A stretch of 64,000 nucleotides of DNA from Candidatus Methylomirabilota bacterium (GCA_027293415.1 JAPUFX010000053.1:14874-78873), one strand, 5' to 3'; numbered from the stretch's first letter, positions 38,511-49,440 are shown. Numbers and translations: made by a program. The notes: a model not told the origin generated them from the sequence alone.

Positions 38511-38783
38511 TTAGGCAGCGCTTTCAGGGGCCTGTAATCGATGGGCAAGGCGGGATTTGTACCGAGCCGCTGTCCTGGAATGGATTATTCCCTTCGAGGC
38601 CGTCTTATCGATAACCACTACCGCCGCTCGGAAGGCAGCCATAGCCGCCTCCCGGTTCCCCGTCTCTATGGCCTGACGGACCTTTTTCATGCTGGTTCGG
38701 AGTTGGGTCTTAGCTGCCCGGTTCCGCAGGGTCCGCTTCTTGGCCTGGCGGAGGCGCTTTTCTGCCGATCTAATGCGTGCCAT
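38511..38783 (-). CDS. rpsT: 30S ribosomal protein S20
   Basis: MARIRSAEKRLRQAKKRTLRNRAAK... (90 aa). The longer 290-aa track ORF is an artefactual upstream extension. Confidence 0.9.
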   Translation of the reverse strand: MARIRSAEKRLRQAKKRTLRNRAAKTQLRTSMKKVRQAIETGNREAAMAAFRAAVVVIDKTASKGIIHSRTAARYKSRLAHRLQAPESAA

Positions 38784-38838
38784 CCATCCCTCCCGAGCCG
38801 ATGTGAGACTTCGGTTTTTATAGGGGAATACGCCCTCC

Positions 38839-40422
38839 ATGTCAAGCGCTTTTGAAGGGAAAGGCACCTCCCACGACGTGGCTGCTGCCGCCTCGGTGGT
38901 CAGTGGTGCAACGCTCGTCAGCCGGGTCCTGGGGTACGTGCGGGATATGTTAATTGCCCATGGGTTCGGGGCCGGTCTCACCGCCGACGCATTCTTTCTG
39001 GCCTTTCGTATCCCCAATATGGCCCGAGAGCTCTTGGGGGAGGGGGCCCTCTCTGCCGCCTTCATTCCAGTTTTCACCGAAGCCATCAGCAAGCGAGGAC
39101 GGCCCTCAGCCTTTCGGCTGGCTGCGACGGCCTTTTGGACGCTGAGTCTGATTCTTGTCGTGATTTGCGCCCTCGGGATCGTCAGTGCCCCGGTCCTTGT
39201 CAACCTTATGGCCTTCGGGTGGCGCGTGGACCCTGAAAAACTCGCCCTCACCATCGACCTCACCCGCATGATGTTTCCGTACCTTTTCTTCATCGGGCTC
39301 ACCGCGCTCATGATGGGGATCTTAAACTCCCTGGGCCACTTTGCCACCCCGGCCTTCTCCCCGGCCCTCCTTAACACTGCCATAATCTTGAGTATCCTCT
39401 TCCTGGGGCCGGTCCTCGAGAATCCGGTCTACGCCTTGGCTTATGGGGTGTTAGGGGGAGGGTTTTTGCAACTCCTTTCCCAGTTTCCACCTACCATGCG
39501 CCGGGGGGTCATCCTGACTCAAATGGGGGAGTGGAGAGACCCAGCCCTCCTACGGATCGGAAAGCTCATGGCACCCGGCGCTGCCGGGCTCGCTATCACC
39601 CAGCTGAATATCTTCATCACGACCCTTTTGGCCACATTCCTCATCCAGGGGTCGGTCTCTTATCTGTACTATGGCTTCCGTCTCATCCACCTTCCCATCG
39701 GTATGATCGGGGTGGCCATGGCTACGGCCGTCCTCCCCACCATGGCCGCCGCCGCTGCGCAGCATTCACCAGAAGATGTTATGAAAACACTGGTTTTCGC
39801 CCTGCGGGTCAGCCTCTTCCTGACCGTTCCTGCCCTCCTCGGCCTTGCCATCTACCGCCACACCATCATCCGTCTCCTCTTTGAACGAGGCGAATTCACC
39901 GGTGCAGCGACGGCCGCTACCGCCCAGGTCCTGCTGGGATACTCCCTCGGCCTCTGCTTTTTTGTCGCCAATCGGATTCTTGCCCGGGCGTTTTATGCTT
40001 TTCAGGACACGGTAACCCCTGTCAAAGTGGGAGCTATCGCCGTGGCCAGTAACATTGTCTTCAGCTTGCTCCTCATGTATCCCCTTCAGGCGGCGGGGCT
40101 CGCCGTTGCGACTTCGCTTGCCTCGGTGGTCAATTTCTCCGGTTTGATGCTCTTTCTGAGAAGGCACCTCGGGACATTCCCGAGGCATGTCCTTGTTAAG
40201 TCCTTGCAAAAGACGGGTTTCGCGGGTCTCTGCATGGCCGGCACCTTAATCGCCCTCCAAGGCCTGCTGCCACCCATGGAGGGACAGGGGGTTTTCTTGG
40301 AACTTACCCGCTTCGTGGGGGAATTTGGGCTGGGAACGGCGGTCTTTTTGGGGGTTGCGACGTTGCTGGGCTGTGATGAGGTTCGGGTCCTCCGGGGGCG
40401 TTTTCAAAGGCGCTCGGGGTAA
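38839..40422 (+). CDS. murJ: lipid II flippase MurJ (MviN)
   Basis: GATLVSRVLGYVRDMLIAHGFGAG, FRIPNMARELLGEGALSAAFIPVF, about 14 TM segments. Confidence 0.9.
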   Translation: MSSAFEGKGTSHDVAAAASVVSGATLVSRVLGYVRDMLIAHGFGAGLTADAFFLAFRIPNMARELLGEGALSAAFIPVFTEAISKRGRPSAFRLAATAFWTLSLILVVICALGIVSAPVLVNLMAFGWRVDPEKLALTIDLTRMMFPYLFFIGLTALMMGILNSLGHFATPAFSPALLNTAIILSILFLGPVLENPVYALAYGVLGGGFLQLLSQFPPTMRRGVILTQMGEWRDPALLRIGKLMAPGAAGLAITQLNIFITTLLATFLIQGSVSYLYYGFRLIHLPIGMIGVAMATAVLPTMAAAAAQHSPEDVMKTLVFALRVSLFLTVPALLGLAIYRHTIIRLLFERGEFTGAATAATAQVLLGYSLGLCFFVANRILARAFYAFQDTVTPVKVGAIAVASNIVFSLLLMYPLQAAGLAVATSLASVVNFSGLMLFLRRHLGTFPRHVLVKSLQKTGFAGLCMAGTLIALQGLLPPMEGQGVFLELTRFVGEFGLGTAVFLGVATLLGCDEVRVLRGRFQRRSG

Positions 40423-40434
40423 AACAGATTTTTA

Positions 40435-40464
40435 TTGACAGGGGAGGGGCAAGAGAGCTAATTT
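40435..40464 (+). promoter_or_regulatory. sigma70-like promoter (TTGACA-18-TAATTT) with about 120-nt leader
   Basis: Hexamer match only. It has the same -10 variant as the promoter at 15532. Confidence 0.4.
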
Positions 40465-40583
40465 ATTCGCTACTTTTCGTCTGGTCCGTCGCTCCCTCTT
40501 GGCCTCTAGAAGTGTCGACTTTGCTTTTTGTATGGACGCACGGAACGTAACGTAAAATTTACTCTCTTAGTGAGGGGAGAACT

Positions 40584-42350
40584 ATGAGTATTGCAGCAGG
40601 AAGTCCCGGCCTGGAGAAGGGTGTCGGAAACTTTGCTCTGATCGACACCTTGCGTCAATGGGGAATCCACCATTACTCTGGGGTTAATGGGGGGGGGATC
40701 ATCCACGTTACGAAGTATTTAGAACCGCTCACCGATCCGTCGCAGATCACGGATGGCGTTCCTCGGTTTCTCACCATGAGCGAATATGCGTCTGGCTTTA
40801 TGCCCTTGGGCTATTACCTCGCCTCTGGGCGAATCGCCTGCTCGATTACCACGACGGGTGCGGCGACGAAACTCGGCTCCAGCGGAATCACCGACGCCAA
40901 ACTGCACAACATCCCTTCCGTATTCATCATCGCCCTGAATTCCATCGGCTCGATCGGGAATGCCCCCTTACAGGATGTGTCGCAATACGGCATGAATATT
41001 GTCTCACAACTGCAAGCTGAATTAGGGGATGGCTGCATCGTCATCGACAATATTAACCGACTCGAACGGGACCTCGACAAGGCCCAGCAAATCCTTCACG
41101 ATTGGCGACCCGTGGCGTTCGCGTTCCATCCGGACATCCTGTCGAAAGACATTGAGCTACATGTTCCAAAAAGGGAGCGTCCGCGTACCCTCAACAGTCA
41201 AGACGTGGAGGCCTTTCTCGACCAGTTCCCGCCGATGGCGAAGGGACGCCGGGTGATCATTTACGTCGGTGAAGAGGCCGCCTCCTGTCCGAACATAGAG
41301 GAGCTTTCGACAGAGTTGTCTGAACTCCTGCACGCTCCCACCATCTGGTCTATCAATGGTGCAAACGCCGTCTCCCCGAAAAACCCGTATAGTTACGGGT
41401 ACGTTCTGTTCGGGGGCAATGACAAGGCGATGGAGCTCTGGCGGAGCATTAATCAAGACGATATCGTGATCACCCTCGGATTCTGCCCGGGTGAATACTC
41501 GATCAATCTGGAGAGCATCCGCGCGAAATGTACGTGGCACTTCGGCGCATACCCGTATGGCTACGGCCAGGTGAACGGTGGTTTTGGACACCGGTGCCTG
41601 GGAGACTACAAGCAAGTCCGTGGCGATATCGGACTGGCGCTCGAAGCGGTCATGCCACGGCTGAAGGCCATGGGCGTCGGGAAGGACAGACCGAAGGTCG
41701 AACGGCTCGACAATCTCAACTTCCGGGAGATCTGGCGGGACGTCCCGAAGGACTGTGTAGACTTCATGGCCTTCTACGAGGAGCTGCCAAAACATTGGCA
41801 ACCACACAGTATCGGGTTCGATGACGTCTGCGTCTCGTACAAGGATCGGCAGTATGTCACCCAGCGGCCCCACCCGAATATCAAGTTCTGGACGGCGCAC
41901 CACGGCTCGGCCATGGGCGGTGCATTCGGTATGGGTGTTGGGGCCAAGCTGGCCGATCCCAGTCTCCACACCTTTATGTTCTGTGGGGATGGCTGTTGGC
42001 GACTCTTTGGCGGTTGCTTGGCAGACGCGGCAAACCTGGACCTCCGCTTGTTCATCATCAACAACGGGACATACGGGATTATCGATAAGGGGCTGGAAGT
42101 CATCATCCCAACCGTTGAGAAACCCCGCTACCACTCGAAGCTGCCGAGTATCGATTTTCCGGCGGCGGCGAAGGCCCACGGCTGGGAGGGTTTCTACTTG
42201 AAGCCGGATCTCAGTAACCTCAAGGAGATTATGGATGCCTGCTATACTCCGTCGGGCAGGTCCATTCTGGTTGATGTCCCGGTGGATACCGAGCAAGTGG
42301 TCGGCTTGAACGCCCGGCTCCTGAACCTTACGGCACAAGCCTATCTGTAG
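40584..42350 (+). CDS. thiamine-diphosphate-dependent enzyme, divergent acetolactate-synthase-like paralog
   Basis: N-terminal Pyr domain with conserved Glu (MSEYASG). C-terminal ThDP motif GDGCW...NNGTYG. Confidence 0.8.
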   Translation: MSIAAGSPGLEKGVGNFALIDTLRQWGIHHYSGVNGGGIIHVTKYLEPLTDPSQITDGVPRFLTMSEYASGFMPLGYYLASGRIACSITTTGAATKLGSSGITDAKLHNIPSVFIIALNSIGSIGNAPLQDVSQYGMNIVSQLQAELGDGCIVIDNINRLERDLDKAQQILHDWRPVAFAFHPDILSKDIELHVPKRERPRTLNSQDVEAFLDQFPPMAKGRRVIIYVGEEAASCPNIEELSTELSELLHAPTIWSINGANAVSPKNPYSYGYVLFGGNDKAMELWRSINQDDIVITLGFCPGEYSINLESIRAKCTWHFGAYPYGYGQVNGGFGHRCLGDYKQVRGDIGLALEAVMPRLKAMGVGKDRPKVERLDNLNFREIWRDVPKDCVDFMAFYEELPKHWQPHSIGFDDVCVSYKDRQYVTQRPHPNIKFWTAHHGSAMGGAFGMGVGAKLADPSLHTFMFCGDGCWRLFGGCLADAANLDLRLFIINNGTYGIIDKGLEVIIPTVEKPRYHSKLPSIDFPAAAKAHGWEGFYLKPDLSNLKEIMDACYTPSGRSILVDVPVDTEQVVGLNARLLNLTAQAYL

Positions 42351-42411
42351 CACGTTGCTGGTTAGCGGGGTGGGTCTGGGCCCATGACCCGGAGGCTGAC
42401 CATAGGGGGGG

Positions 42412-44151
42412 ATGGCGATGGAGAAGATGACGGGGTCGGAGATCCTGATGAAGTCCCTCGTGGAGGAGGGGGTGACCACGATCTTTGGTCACCCCGGTGG
42501 GGCTATCCTCCACGCCTACGACGTCCTCATTGACTACCCCATCAAGCACGTCCTGTGTCGCCACGAGCAGGTGGCAACCCATGCCGCCGAGGGGTACTAC
42601 AAGACCACGGGAAAGCCGGGAACGGTCATGGTCACCTCGGGTCCCGGGGCAACCAATTGTGTGACCGCGATCACCGATGCCCTGATGGACTCAATGGCGA
42701 TTGTGGTTCTGACCGGGCAGGTCCCTACGGCCGTTATGGGCTGTGATGCCTTCCAAGAAGCGGATGTGGTGGGGACCACCAGGGCATGTACCAAACACAA
42801 CTTCTTGGCCCAGAGAGCCGAAGATATTCCTCGCATCATCAAAGAAGCGTATTACATCGCTCGCTCCGGCCGTCCCGGTCCTGTCCTCGTGGATCTGCCG
42901 AAGGATGCCCTTATGGGACACGGCACATTTCAGGGATACCCCAAAGACGTGTCCATCCGAGGCTATAACCCACAGCTCTATGGGCACCCGAGCCAGATCA
43001 AGAAGGCGGTCGAGTTGATTGCCCAGGCCAAGCGGCCGGTGATCTACGGGGGAGGAGGTATTATCCACTCGGACGCGTCCGAGGAATTACACGAGATGAT
43101 AGACATCACCCAGATCCCCACCACCTTGACCCTGATGGGGCTCGGGGCTCTCCCCACCAACCACCCGCTCTGGCTGGGGATGCTGGGGATGCACGGGACC
43201 TACTGGGCTAATATGTGCATGGTCCACTGCGATTTGATGATCGCCATTGGATCCCGCTTCGATGACCGGATTACGGGTAAGGTTTCCGAGTTCGGGAAGC
43301 AGTGCAAGATCATCCATGTGGATATTGATCCAACATCGATTCGGAAGAACGTCAACGTGGACGTCCCTGTTGTCGGCGATGTGAAGTGCGTCCTGCGCGA
43401 ACTCAACAAAAAGCTCCGCAACGTGAGACGGAACTGGGCGAAGGACTTCGAGGAGTGGTACGCAGAAATTGAGGCTTGCAAAATACAGCATCCCCTCCGC
43501 TACGAACAGAGAGAAGGGGTCATCAAGCCCCAGTACGCCATCGATATGATCCTTCGCCTGACGGAGGAATATGATCCGATCGTCTCCACCGGCGTGGGCC
43601 AGCATCAGATGTGGGCAGCCCAGGTTTACCGGGGCCGTATGCCCCGCCGCTGGCTCACCTCGGGAGGTTTGGGGACGATGGGATACGGCTTTCCCGCCGC
43701 TCTGGGGGCACAGGCGGCTTTCCCCGACAGCCTGGTGGTCAACATCGACGGAGACGGCAGCTTCCAGATGACCATGCAGGACCTCTGTACCCTCCTCGAA
43801 TATGAACTGCCAGTCAAGACATTCATCATCAACAACAAATACCTGGGGATGGTGCGCCAGTGGCAGCAGCTGTTTTACGGCCAGCGTTACTCACAAGTAA
43901 ACATCGACCACCAGCCCGATTTTGTGAAGCTTGCAGAGGCTTTCGGCATCACCGGGATCAGGATCGAACGGCCGGAGGAAGTGAAGGCGGGCATCGAGAA
44001 GGCTATTAGCACTCCGGGTCCTGTCGTGGTCGATGTGGTGGTCGATCGAGAGGAAAACTGTTTTCCCATGATCCCCGCGGGGGCTGCGATCAAGGACATC
44101 ATCGATGTCGGGGAACCGATTCCCGACAAGCTGTTCCAGGGCTGGCGCTGA
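42412..44151 (+). CDS. ilvB: acetolactate synthase large subunit
   Basis: GHPGGAILHAYD, RHEQVATHAAEGY, GDGSFQM...NNKYLGMVRQWQ. Confidence 0.95.
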   Translation: MAMEKMTGSEILMKSLVEEGVTTIFGHPGGAILHAYDVLIDYPIKHVLCRHEQVATHAAEGYYKTTGKPGTVMVTSGPGATNCVTAITDALMDSMAIVVLTGQVPTAVMGCDAFQEADVVGTTRACTKHNFLAQRAEDIPRIIKEAYYIARSGRPGPVLVDLPKDALMGHGTFQGYPKDVSIRGYNPQLYGHPSQIKKAVELIAQAKRPVIYGGGGIIHSDASEELHEMIDITQIPTTLTLMGLGALPTNHPLWLGMLGMHGTYWANMCMVHCDLMIAIGSRFDDRITGKVSEFGKQCKIIHVDIDPTSIRKNVNVDVPVVGDVKCVLRELNKKLRNVRRNWAKDFEEWYAEIEACKIQHPLRYEQREGVIKPQYAIDMILRLTEEYDPIVSTGVGQHQMWAAQVYRGRMPRRWLTSGGLGTMGYGFPAALGAQAAFPDSLVVNIDGDGSFQMTMQDLCTLLEYELPVKTFIINNKYLGMVRQWQQLFYGQRYSQVNIDHQPDFVKLAEAFGITGIRIERPEEVKAGIEKAISTPGPVVVDVVVDREENCFPMIPAGAAIKDIIDVGEPIPDKLFQGWR

Positions 44152-44253
44152 GGAAGCACCCGTTCGCCATCCGTCGTTGATGCTCCACAGAGTGGCACGT
44201 TCCAGGGAAGGGATAAGCAAGGGGCGGCAAAGGGCTTTAGTGAGGAACGAAGG

Positions 44254-44826
44254 ATGAAAGGACAAACCCCTTCGCGGCGGCACATCTTGACCGTTCTGGT
44301 GGAAAATCGTATCGGTGTCCTGGCCAGAATCGCCGGGCTGATCGCGGCCAAAGGCTATAACATCGATAGTGTCTCCGTCGGGGAGACGATGGACAACTCG
44401 ACATCCCGGGTCACCCTTGTGGTCCACGGGGATGACTGGGTGATGGAGCAGGTGGTTAAACAACTCAATCGGCTGATCGATGTGATCAAGGTGGTGGATC
44501 TCTTTGAAGAGGACTTCGTCGAGCGAGAAATGATCCTGATTCGGGTGAACGCCGAGTCTACCTACCGGGCCGAGATTCTGCGGATCGCGGATATCTTCCG
44601 GGCTAAGATCGTAGATGTCACCCACCGGACCTATACCCTGGAGGCCAGCGGAGACGAAGACAAGATTCGGGCTCTTCTGGAACTCTTACGTCCCTTTGGG
44701 ATCCAGGAGTTTGTGCGAACCGGCCGCATCGCCATCGCGCGGGCGAGCAAGACCTCTCCCCGGAAACTGGAGCGGGTGGCGGGAAACGCCGGGGAAGTCG
44801 GGAAATCCACTGCCGCTACGAAGTAA
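44254..44826 (+). CDS. ilvN: acetolactate synthase small (regulatory) subunit
   Basis: ACT domain [20 protein letters not shown], followed by the ALS_ss_C region. Confidence 0.9.
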   Translation: MKGQTPSRRHILTVLVENRIGVLARIAGLIAAKGYNIDSVSVGETMDNSTSRVTLVVHGDDWVMEQVVKQLNRLIDVIKVVDLFEEDFVEREMILIRVNAESTYRAEILRIADIFRAKIVDVTHRTYTLEASGDEDKIRALLELLRPFGIQEFVRTGRIAIARASKTSPRKLERVAGNAGEVGKSTAATK

Positions 44827-44846
44827 GGGAAAGCGAGGGAACCCAA

Positions 44847-45848
44847 ATGGCCAGACTCTATTACGATAAAGATGCGGACCTTGGGCTCTTAAAGGGAAAG
44901 ACGATTGCCGTCATTGGTTACGGGAGTCAGGGACACGCCCATGCCCTGAACCTAAAGGATGCGGGCTTGGGTGTGGTGGTAGGGCTCTACAAAGGCTCAA
45001 GATCGTGGGATAAGGCCGTCGCGGACGGGCTGAAGGTCGCGCCGGTCGACGAGGCAACATCTGGGGCCCAGGTCGTCATGATGCTTATCCCGGATCAGCA
45101 TCAGCGACATGTGTATACCGAGTCGATCCAGCAGGGACTCACCGCTGGCAAGACGCTGATGTTCGCCCACGGTTTCAATATCCATTTCCATCAAGTGGTA
45201 CCACCAAAGGATGTAGACGTCTCGATGGTGGCCCCCAAGGCGCCGGGTCACATCATGCGGCAGATCTATACGGAAGGATCCGGGGTCCCAGCCCTTTTGG
45301 CCATATACCAGGATACGTCGGGGAAAGCCCAGGAGACGGCTTTGGCCTACGCCAAGGGGGTTGGATGTACGCGGGCCGGGGTCTTGGAGACCACCTTCAG
45401 AGAGGAGACCGAGACAGACCTATTCGGGGAACAGGCCGTCCTGTGCGGCGGCCTCTCGGCCTTGATCAAAGCCGGGTATGAGACGCTGGTCGAGGCGGGG
45501 TACCAGCCAGAAGTTGCCTATTTCGAGTGCCTCCACGAGGTCAAGCTGATCGTGGATCTGTTTTACCAGGGGGGCCTCGCCTACATGCGCTATTCCGTAA
45601 GTGATACTGCCGAGTACGGAGATTACTCTCGGGGCCCCCGGGTTATCAACGAGGCAGTCCGGGCGGAGATGAAAAAGATCCTGCAAGAGGTTCAGGATGG
45701 GAGCTTTGCCCGGGAATGGATCCTAGAGAATCAAGCAGGCCGTCCCAGCTTTCTGGCCCTCCGGAAGAAAGATGCCGAGCACCCGATCGAAGAAATCGGG
45801 AAAGAACTGCGGTCCATGATGCCGTGGATCAAGGGAAGACCCAAATAG
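44847..45848 (+). CDS. ilvC: ketol-acid reductoisomerase
   Basis: [14 protein letters not shown], and class I KARI length. Confidence 0.97.
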   Translation: MARLYYDKDADLGLLKGKTIAVIGYGSQGHAHALNLKDAGLGVVVGLYKGSRSWDKAVADGLKVAPVDEATSGAQVVMMLIPDQHQRHVYTESIQQGLTAGKTLMFAHGFNIHFHQVVPPKDVDVSMVAPKAPGHIMRQIYTEGSGVPALLAIYQDTSGKAQETALAYAKGVGCTRAGVLETTFREETETDLFGEQAVLCGGLSALIKAGYETLVEAGYQPEVAYFECLHEVKLIVDLFYQGGLAYMRYSVSDTAEYGDYSRGPRVINEAVRAEMKKILQEVQDGSFAREWILENQAGRPSFLALRKKDAEHPIEEIGKELRSMMPWIKGRPK

Positions 45849-45880
45849 CCTGCTGCGTGTCGACCCATTATTACTCAAGG

Positions 45881-45914
45881 ATGCCTCCGGAGGCCCGGAG
45901 GCATTCTCATTTTG
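45881..45914 (+). terminator. intrinsic terminator after ilvC
   Basis: ATGCCTCCGG-AGGC-CCGGAGGCAT followed by TCTCATTTT. Confidence 0.8.
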
Positions 45915-46047
45915 CAGCTGCTTTCGAGGATAACGGAAAGGCTGGATTCACACTCATTTCTCCTCTATGCTAAAAGCCGTGCGAATCCGCGAGACGGAAG
46001 ACCGGGGGCACCGCCCAGATGCGTGTGTGCATCCTTGGCGCCTAGGG

Positions 46048-46407
46048 ATGGAGGGGCAAGGCAGGACTCGTGTCCTGCTCTTCCTTCTCTTCGTGGCTGC
46101 TCTGGTTTACGTGGGGAACCAGGTTGCCGGCGCTTATGTCAATTATCTGGCGCTCCGTGATACGGTTCAAGTGGTGGTGCGTGACATTGCATTGCGCCCC
46201 AGCCTGGGGGTGGAGGAGGGGACAGAGCGGATCCTGGCAAAGGCCCGCGAGTTGGAGCTGTCCATTTCGGAACGGCAGGTGGATGTGACGGACGACGGGG
46301 AGACCGTCTTCGCTCGTGTCAGATGGGAAGAACCAGTTGGTGTGGGTGACTACACGATCCCTTTCCCTTTCGAGATCGAGGAATCGTATCTTCTCGTTAA
46401 ACGATAA
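46048..46407 (+). CDS. hypothetical membrane-anchored protein
   Basis: The Met at 46048 is followed by one TM helix (VLLFLLFVAALVYVG). No motif recognised. Confidence 0.45.
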   Translation: MEGQGRTRVLLFLLFVAALVYVGNQVAGAYVNYLALRDTVQVVVRDIALRPSLGVEEGTERILAKARELELSISERQVDVTDDGETVFARVRWEEPVGVGDYTIPFPFEIEESYLLVKR

Positions 46408-46408
46408 A

Positions 46409-47419
46409 ATGATGCTTCCCATTGACGTCCCGTCTCTGCAGGCTGGCCCCGTACCAACGCCCCCCTCAACCCCCCTTCCTTTCTTTATCGCCCTCGTCGG
46501 TCCGACCGGAATCGGCAAGAGTGCCATCGCAGGAGACCTAGCTAAGGTCATAGATGGGGAAATTGTGGCCCTGGACTCCATGCAGGTTTACCGTTACCTC
46601 GACATCGGCACGGCCAAGCCGACTTTGGCAGAGCAAGATGGGATCCCGCACCACCTCATCAGCCTGGTAGATCCGAATGAAGCCTTTTCAGCGGCAGACT
46701 ATGCCCGGTTGGTCCATCGCGTGCTCAAAGAAATCCATTCCCGAGGGAGGCTTCCTGTCGTCGTGGGAGGATCGGGCCTCTATCTCCGTGCCCTCCGTGG
46801 GGAGATTTTTGCGGGTCCGCGAGAAGTCAAGAGCATCCGGGCACGACTGGGACAGGAGGCGAAGTACGGCGGCCCCGAGGTGCTACACGCCCGCCTCGCT
46901 CGTCTGGATCCCTTGGTCGCTGACAGAATCCATCCCCGGGATCTCTTTCGCCTCGTTCGGGCCTTGGAGATCATCGAGGTTACCGGCAGGCGCGTTACCG
47001 ACCTTTGGGAAGTCCATCGCAGGGGGCTGGTGAGACCCGCGTCCCTCCTATTGGGGCTTCACAGGGAGCGTACGGACCTGTACGGGCGGATCAACGACCG
47101 CGTAGATCGTATGATCGAGTCCGGCCTTATCGGGGAGGTCAAGAAGCTCCTCGCGGCGGGCTACTCTCCACATATAAAGCCATTTCGCAGCCACAACTAT
47201 CGCTATATTGTTGCCTTCCTTCTCGGAGAGAAGAGCCTCGAGGAGGCGACCAACCGCACCAAGCAAGAAACCCGTCACTATGCCAAGCGTCAAATGACCT
47301 GGTTCCGCCGGGAGACAGACATCACGTGGTTTGACCTGACGCACGGTGAGAGCAGCACGGTTCGAGAGGTCCTGATTCCACAAATCCAACGGGCCCGAGA
47401 GAGGCATGGAGCATCTTAA
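46409..47419 (+). CDS. miaA: tRNA dimethylallyltransferase
   Basis: P-loop GPTGIGKS, DSMQVYRYLDIGTAKP. Confidence 0.9.
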   Translation: MMLPIDVPSLQAGPVPTPPSTPLPFFIALVGPTGIGKSAIAGDLAKVIDGEIVALDSMQVYRYLDIGTAKPTLAEQDGIPHHLISLVDPNEAFSAADYARLVHRVLKEIHSRGRLPVVVGGSGLYLRALRGEIFAGPREVKSIRARLGQEAKYGGPEVLHARLARLDPLVADRIHPRDLFRLVRALEIIEVTGRRVTDLWEVHRRGLVRPASLLLGLHRERTDLYGRINDRVDRMIESGLIGEVKKLLAAGYSPHIKPFRSHNYRYIVAFLLGEKSLEEATNRTKQETRHYAKRQMTWFRRETDITWFDLTHGESSTVREVLIPQIQRARERHGAS

Positions 47420-48713
47420 GATTCGTGGAGGGGCTCGGGGACTGCAGGGAAAGATTACGGTCCCGGGTGATAAGTCCATTTCCCATCGCGCGATCATTTT
47501 GGGGGCCCTGGCTGACGGGCTCACCGAAATATCCGGTTATCTCAGGTCTGAGGATTGTCAACGGACCCTGGAAGCTGTCCGGGCCCTGGGGATCGACGTT
47601 GAGGGCGGGAATCCTCTCCGGATCCATGGGAAGGGCCTTCACGGCCTACGAGAGGCAGGGGATATTCTAGATTGCGGGAACTCTGGCACCACCATCCGTC
47701 TCCTTGCGGGAGTGCTGGCAGGCCAACCCTTCCTCTCGATCCTCACCGGAGATGCGTCTCTGAGGCGGCGGCCGATGGATCGCGTCGTCATCCCCCTCAA
47801 ACAGATGGGAGCTGAGATGTGGGGGCGAGCTCAGGATACCCTGCCCCCTTTGGTTGTACGCGGTGGAAGACTACGAGGGCTAAGATACCACAGCCCTGTC
47901 GCCTCAGCTCAGGTGAAATCGGCCATCCTCCTCGCTGGTCTTTTTGCCGAGGGCCGGACCACCGTCATTGAACCTGCCCGATCGCGGGACCATACCGAAC
48001 GCTTGCTCAAGGCGTGTGGGCAGGTGGTGGAGACGGACGGGCGCGAAGTGACGCTGGTGCCAGCGGGCGCCCTGCGAACCAACCGCATCTCCGTTTCCGG
48101 AGATTTTTCGTCAGCTGCGTTCTTTCTCGTCGCCGGCCTTATTCTCCCCGATTCCGACCTCACCATTGAGGGGGTGGGTGTGAACCCGACCCGGACAGGG
48201 TTGCTCGACGTTCTCCAGGCGATGGGGGGAGTCGTGGAGGTTCAACAAGAAGAGGAAAGCGGCGGTGAGCCTCGGGCACGTCTGCGCGTACGCACGAGCC
48301 GCCTCACAGGGGTAAGCATTGGGGGAGACCTGATCCCGCGTCTCATTGACGAGATTCCGGCCCTGGCGGTGGCCGCCGCTTGTGCGGAGGGAAAGACAAT
48401 CATCCAGGATGCTGCAGAGCTGCGCGTCAAGGAGTCCGATCGGATTCGGGCCATTGCCACGGCGTTGAACCAGATGGGAGTTCGCACGGAAGAGATCGAG
48501 GACGGTCTAATCATCCATGGGTGCGGAAGCCTTCGGGGGGCCTCCTGCGAAAGCCATGGCGACCACCGAATGGCTATGGCGTTCACGGTGGCCGGGCTCA
48601 GAGCCGATAAGGAAACGACGGTTCTGGACACGGCGTGCATCCAGACCTCCTTCCCCGGGTTCGTGCAAACCCTCCAAGACTTCTTTCCCGGCTCCGTAGA
48701 ACAGAAGGCATGA
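47406..48713 (+). CDS. aroA: 3-phosphoshikimate 1-carboxyvinyltransferase
   Basis: PGDKSISHRA, NSGTTIRLL, DHRMAMAF. Confidence 0.95.
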   Translation: MEHLKIRGGARGLQGKITVPGDKSISHRAIILGALADGLTEISGYLRSEDCQRTLEAVRALGIDVEGGNPLRIHGKGLHGLREAGDILDCGNSGTTIRLLAGVLAGQPFLSILTGDASLRRRPMDRVVIPLKQMGAEMWGRAQDTLPPLVVRGGRLRGLRYHSPVASAQVKSAILLAGLFAEGRTTVIEPARSRDHTERLLKACGQVVETDGREVTLVPAGALRTNRISVSGDFSSAAFFLVAGLILPDSDLTIEGVGVNPTRTGLLDVLQAMGGVVEVQQEEESGGEPRARLRVRTSRLTGVSIGGDLIPRLIDEIPALAVAAACAEGKTIIQDAAELRVKESDRIRAIATALNQMGVRTEEIEDGLIIHGCGSLRGASCESHGDHRMAMAFTVAGLRADKETTVLDTACIQTSFPGFVQTLQDFFPGSVEQKA

Positions 48714-49411
48714 ACCGGCTGCCGAAAGACCTGATTATTACCATCGACGGCCCAGTGGCAGCTGGGAAAACCACGGCAGCCCGGCTGTTGGCCGAGCGGC
48801 TGGGCTATTGCTATATCGATAGCGGGGCAATGTACCGGGCGCTCGCCTGGAAGGCGATACAGGAAGGTATCGATGTGTCGAGTCCAACGATGTTGTTGGA
48901 TCTGCTCGCCCGAACCGAGCTCGAGTTCCGACCTGGGCCCGAGGGGCTCCGGGTCCTGGTGGATGGGGAAGACGTTACCGATGCTCTCCGCTTGCCCAGG
49001 ACCGAGACGGCTTCCTCAATCTTGTCTGTCCATCCGAGTGTTCGAGAAGAGATGGTGAGGCGGCAACGGCAGCTTGGGGTTGGGGGAGGGGTGGTGATGG
49101 ACGGTCGTGATATCGGTACGGTGGTCTTCCCGGACGCCCCTGTGAAATTTTACCTCACCGCCTCCCCAGAGGAGCGTGGGCGCCGACGCTTCCGAGAATC
49201 TCCTCAGGGCACCGGCAGCTTCGAGGGAACCCTGGCAGAGGTGAAACGCCGAGATCGTCGGGACATGGAACGGCCGGCCTCCCCTTTAAAGCCGGCACCA
49301 GATGCCATCCTCATTGACACCACCTTCCTGAGTGCAGAGGAGGTGGTCAAGGAGTTGGAGAGCCATATCCATAGAAAGCTCAGGGACCCCCGTGATTTTT
49401 TGCTTGCGTGA
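48710..49411 (+). CDS. cmk: cytidylate kinase
   Basis: ITIDGPVAAGKTT, DSGAMYRA. ATGA overlap with the aroA stop. Confidence 0.92.
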   Translation: MNRLPKDLIITIDGPVAAGKTTAARLLAERLGYCYIDSGAMYRALAWKAIQEGIDVSSPTMLLDLLARTELEFRPGPEGLRVLVDGEDVTDALRLPRTETASSILSVHPSVREEMVRRQRQLGVGGGVVMDGRDIGTVVFPDAPVKFYLTASPEERGRRRFRESPQGTGSFEGTLAEVKRRDRRDMERPASPLKPAPDAILIDTTFLSAEEVVKELESHIHRKLRDPRDFLLA

Positions 49412-49440
49412 TCCTTACAAGCTCGTTAAAATAAACGTCT

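Noticed and set aside
38784-39383. N-terminal 200 aa of the 290-aa - strand ORF containing S20
   Set aside because: Only the last 90 aa are S20, starting at the Met at 38783. The extension is antisense to murJ and has no support.
41157-42479. 440-aa ORF on the - strand
   Set aside because: It is fully antisense to the ThDP-enzyme gene, which has clear family motifs. The translation is Arg/Pro/Gly-rich with no motif, typical of a high-GC shadow ORF.
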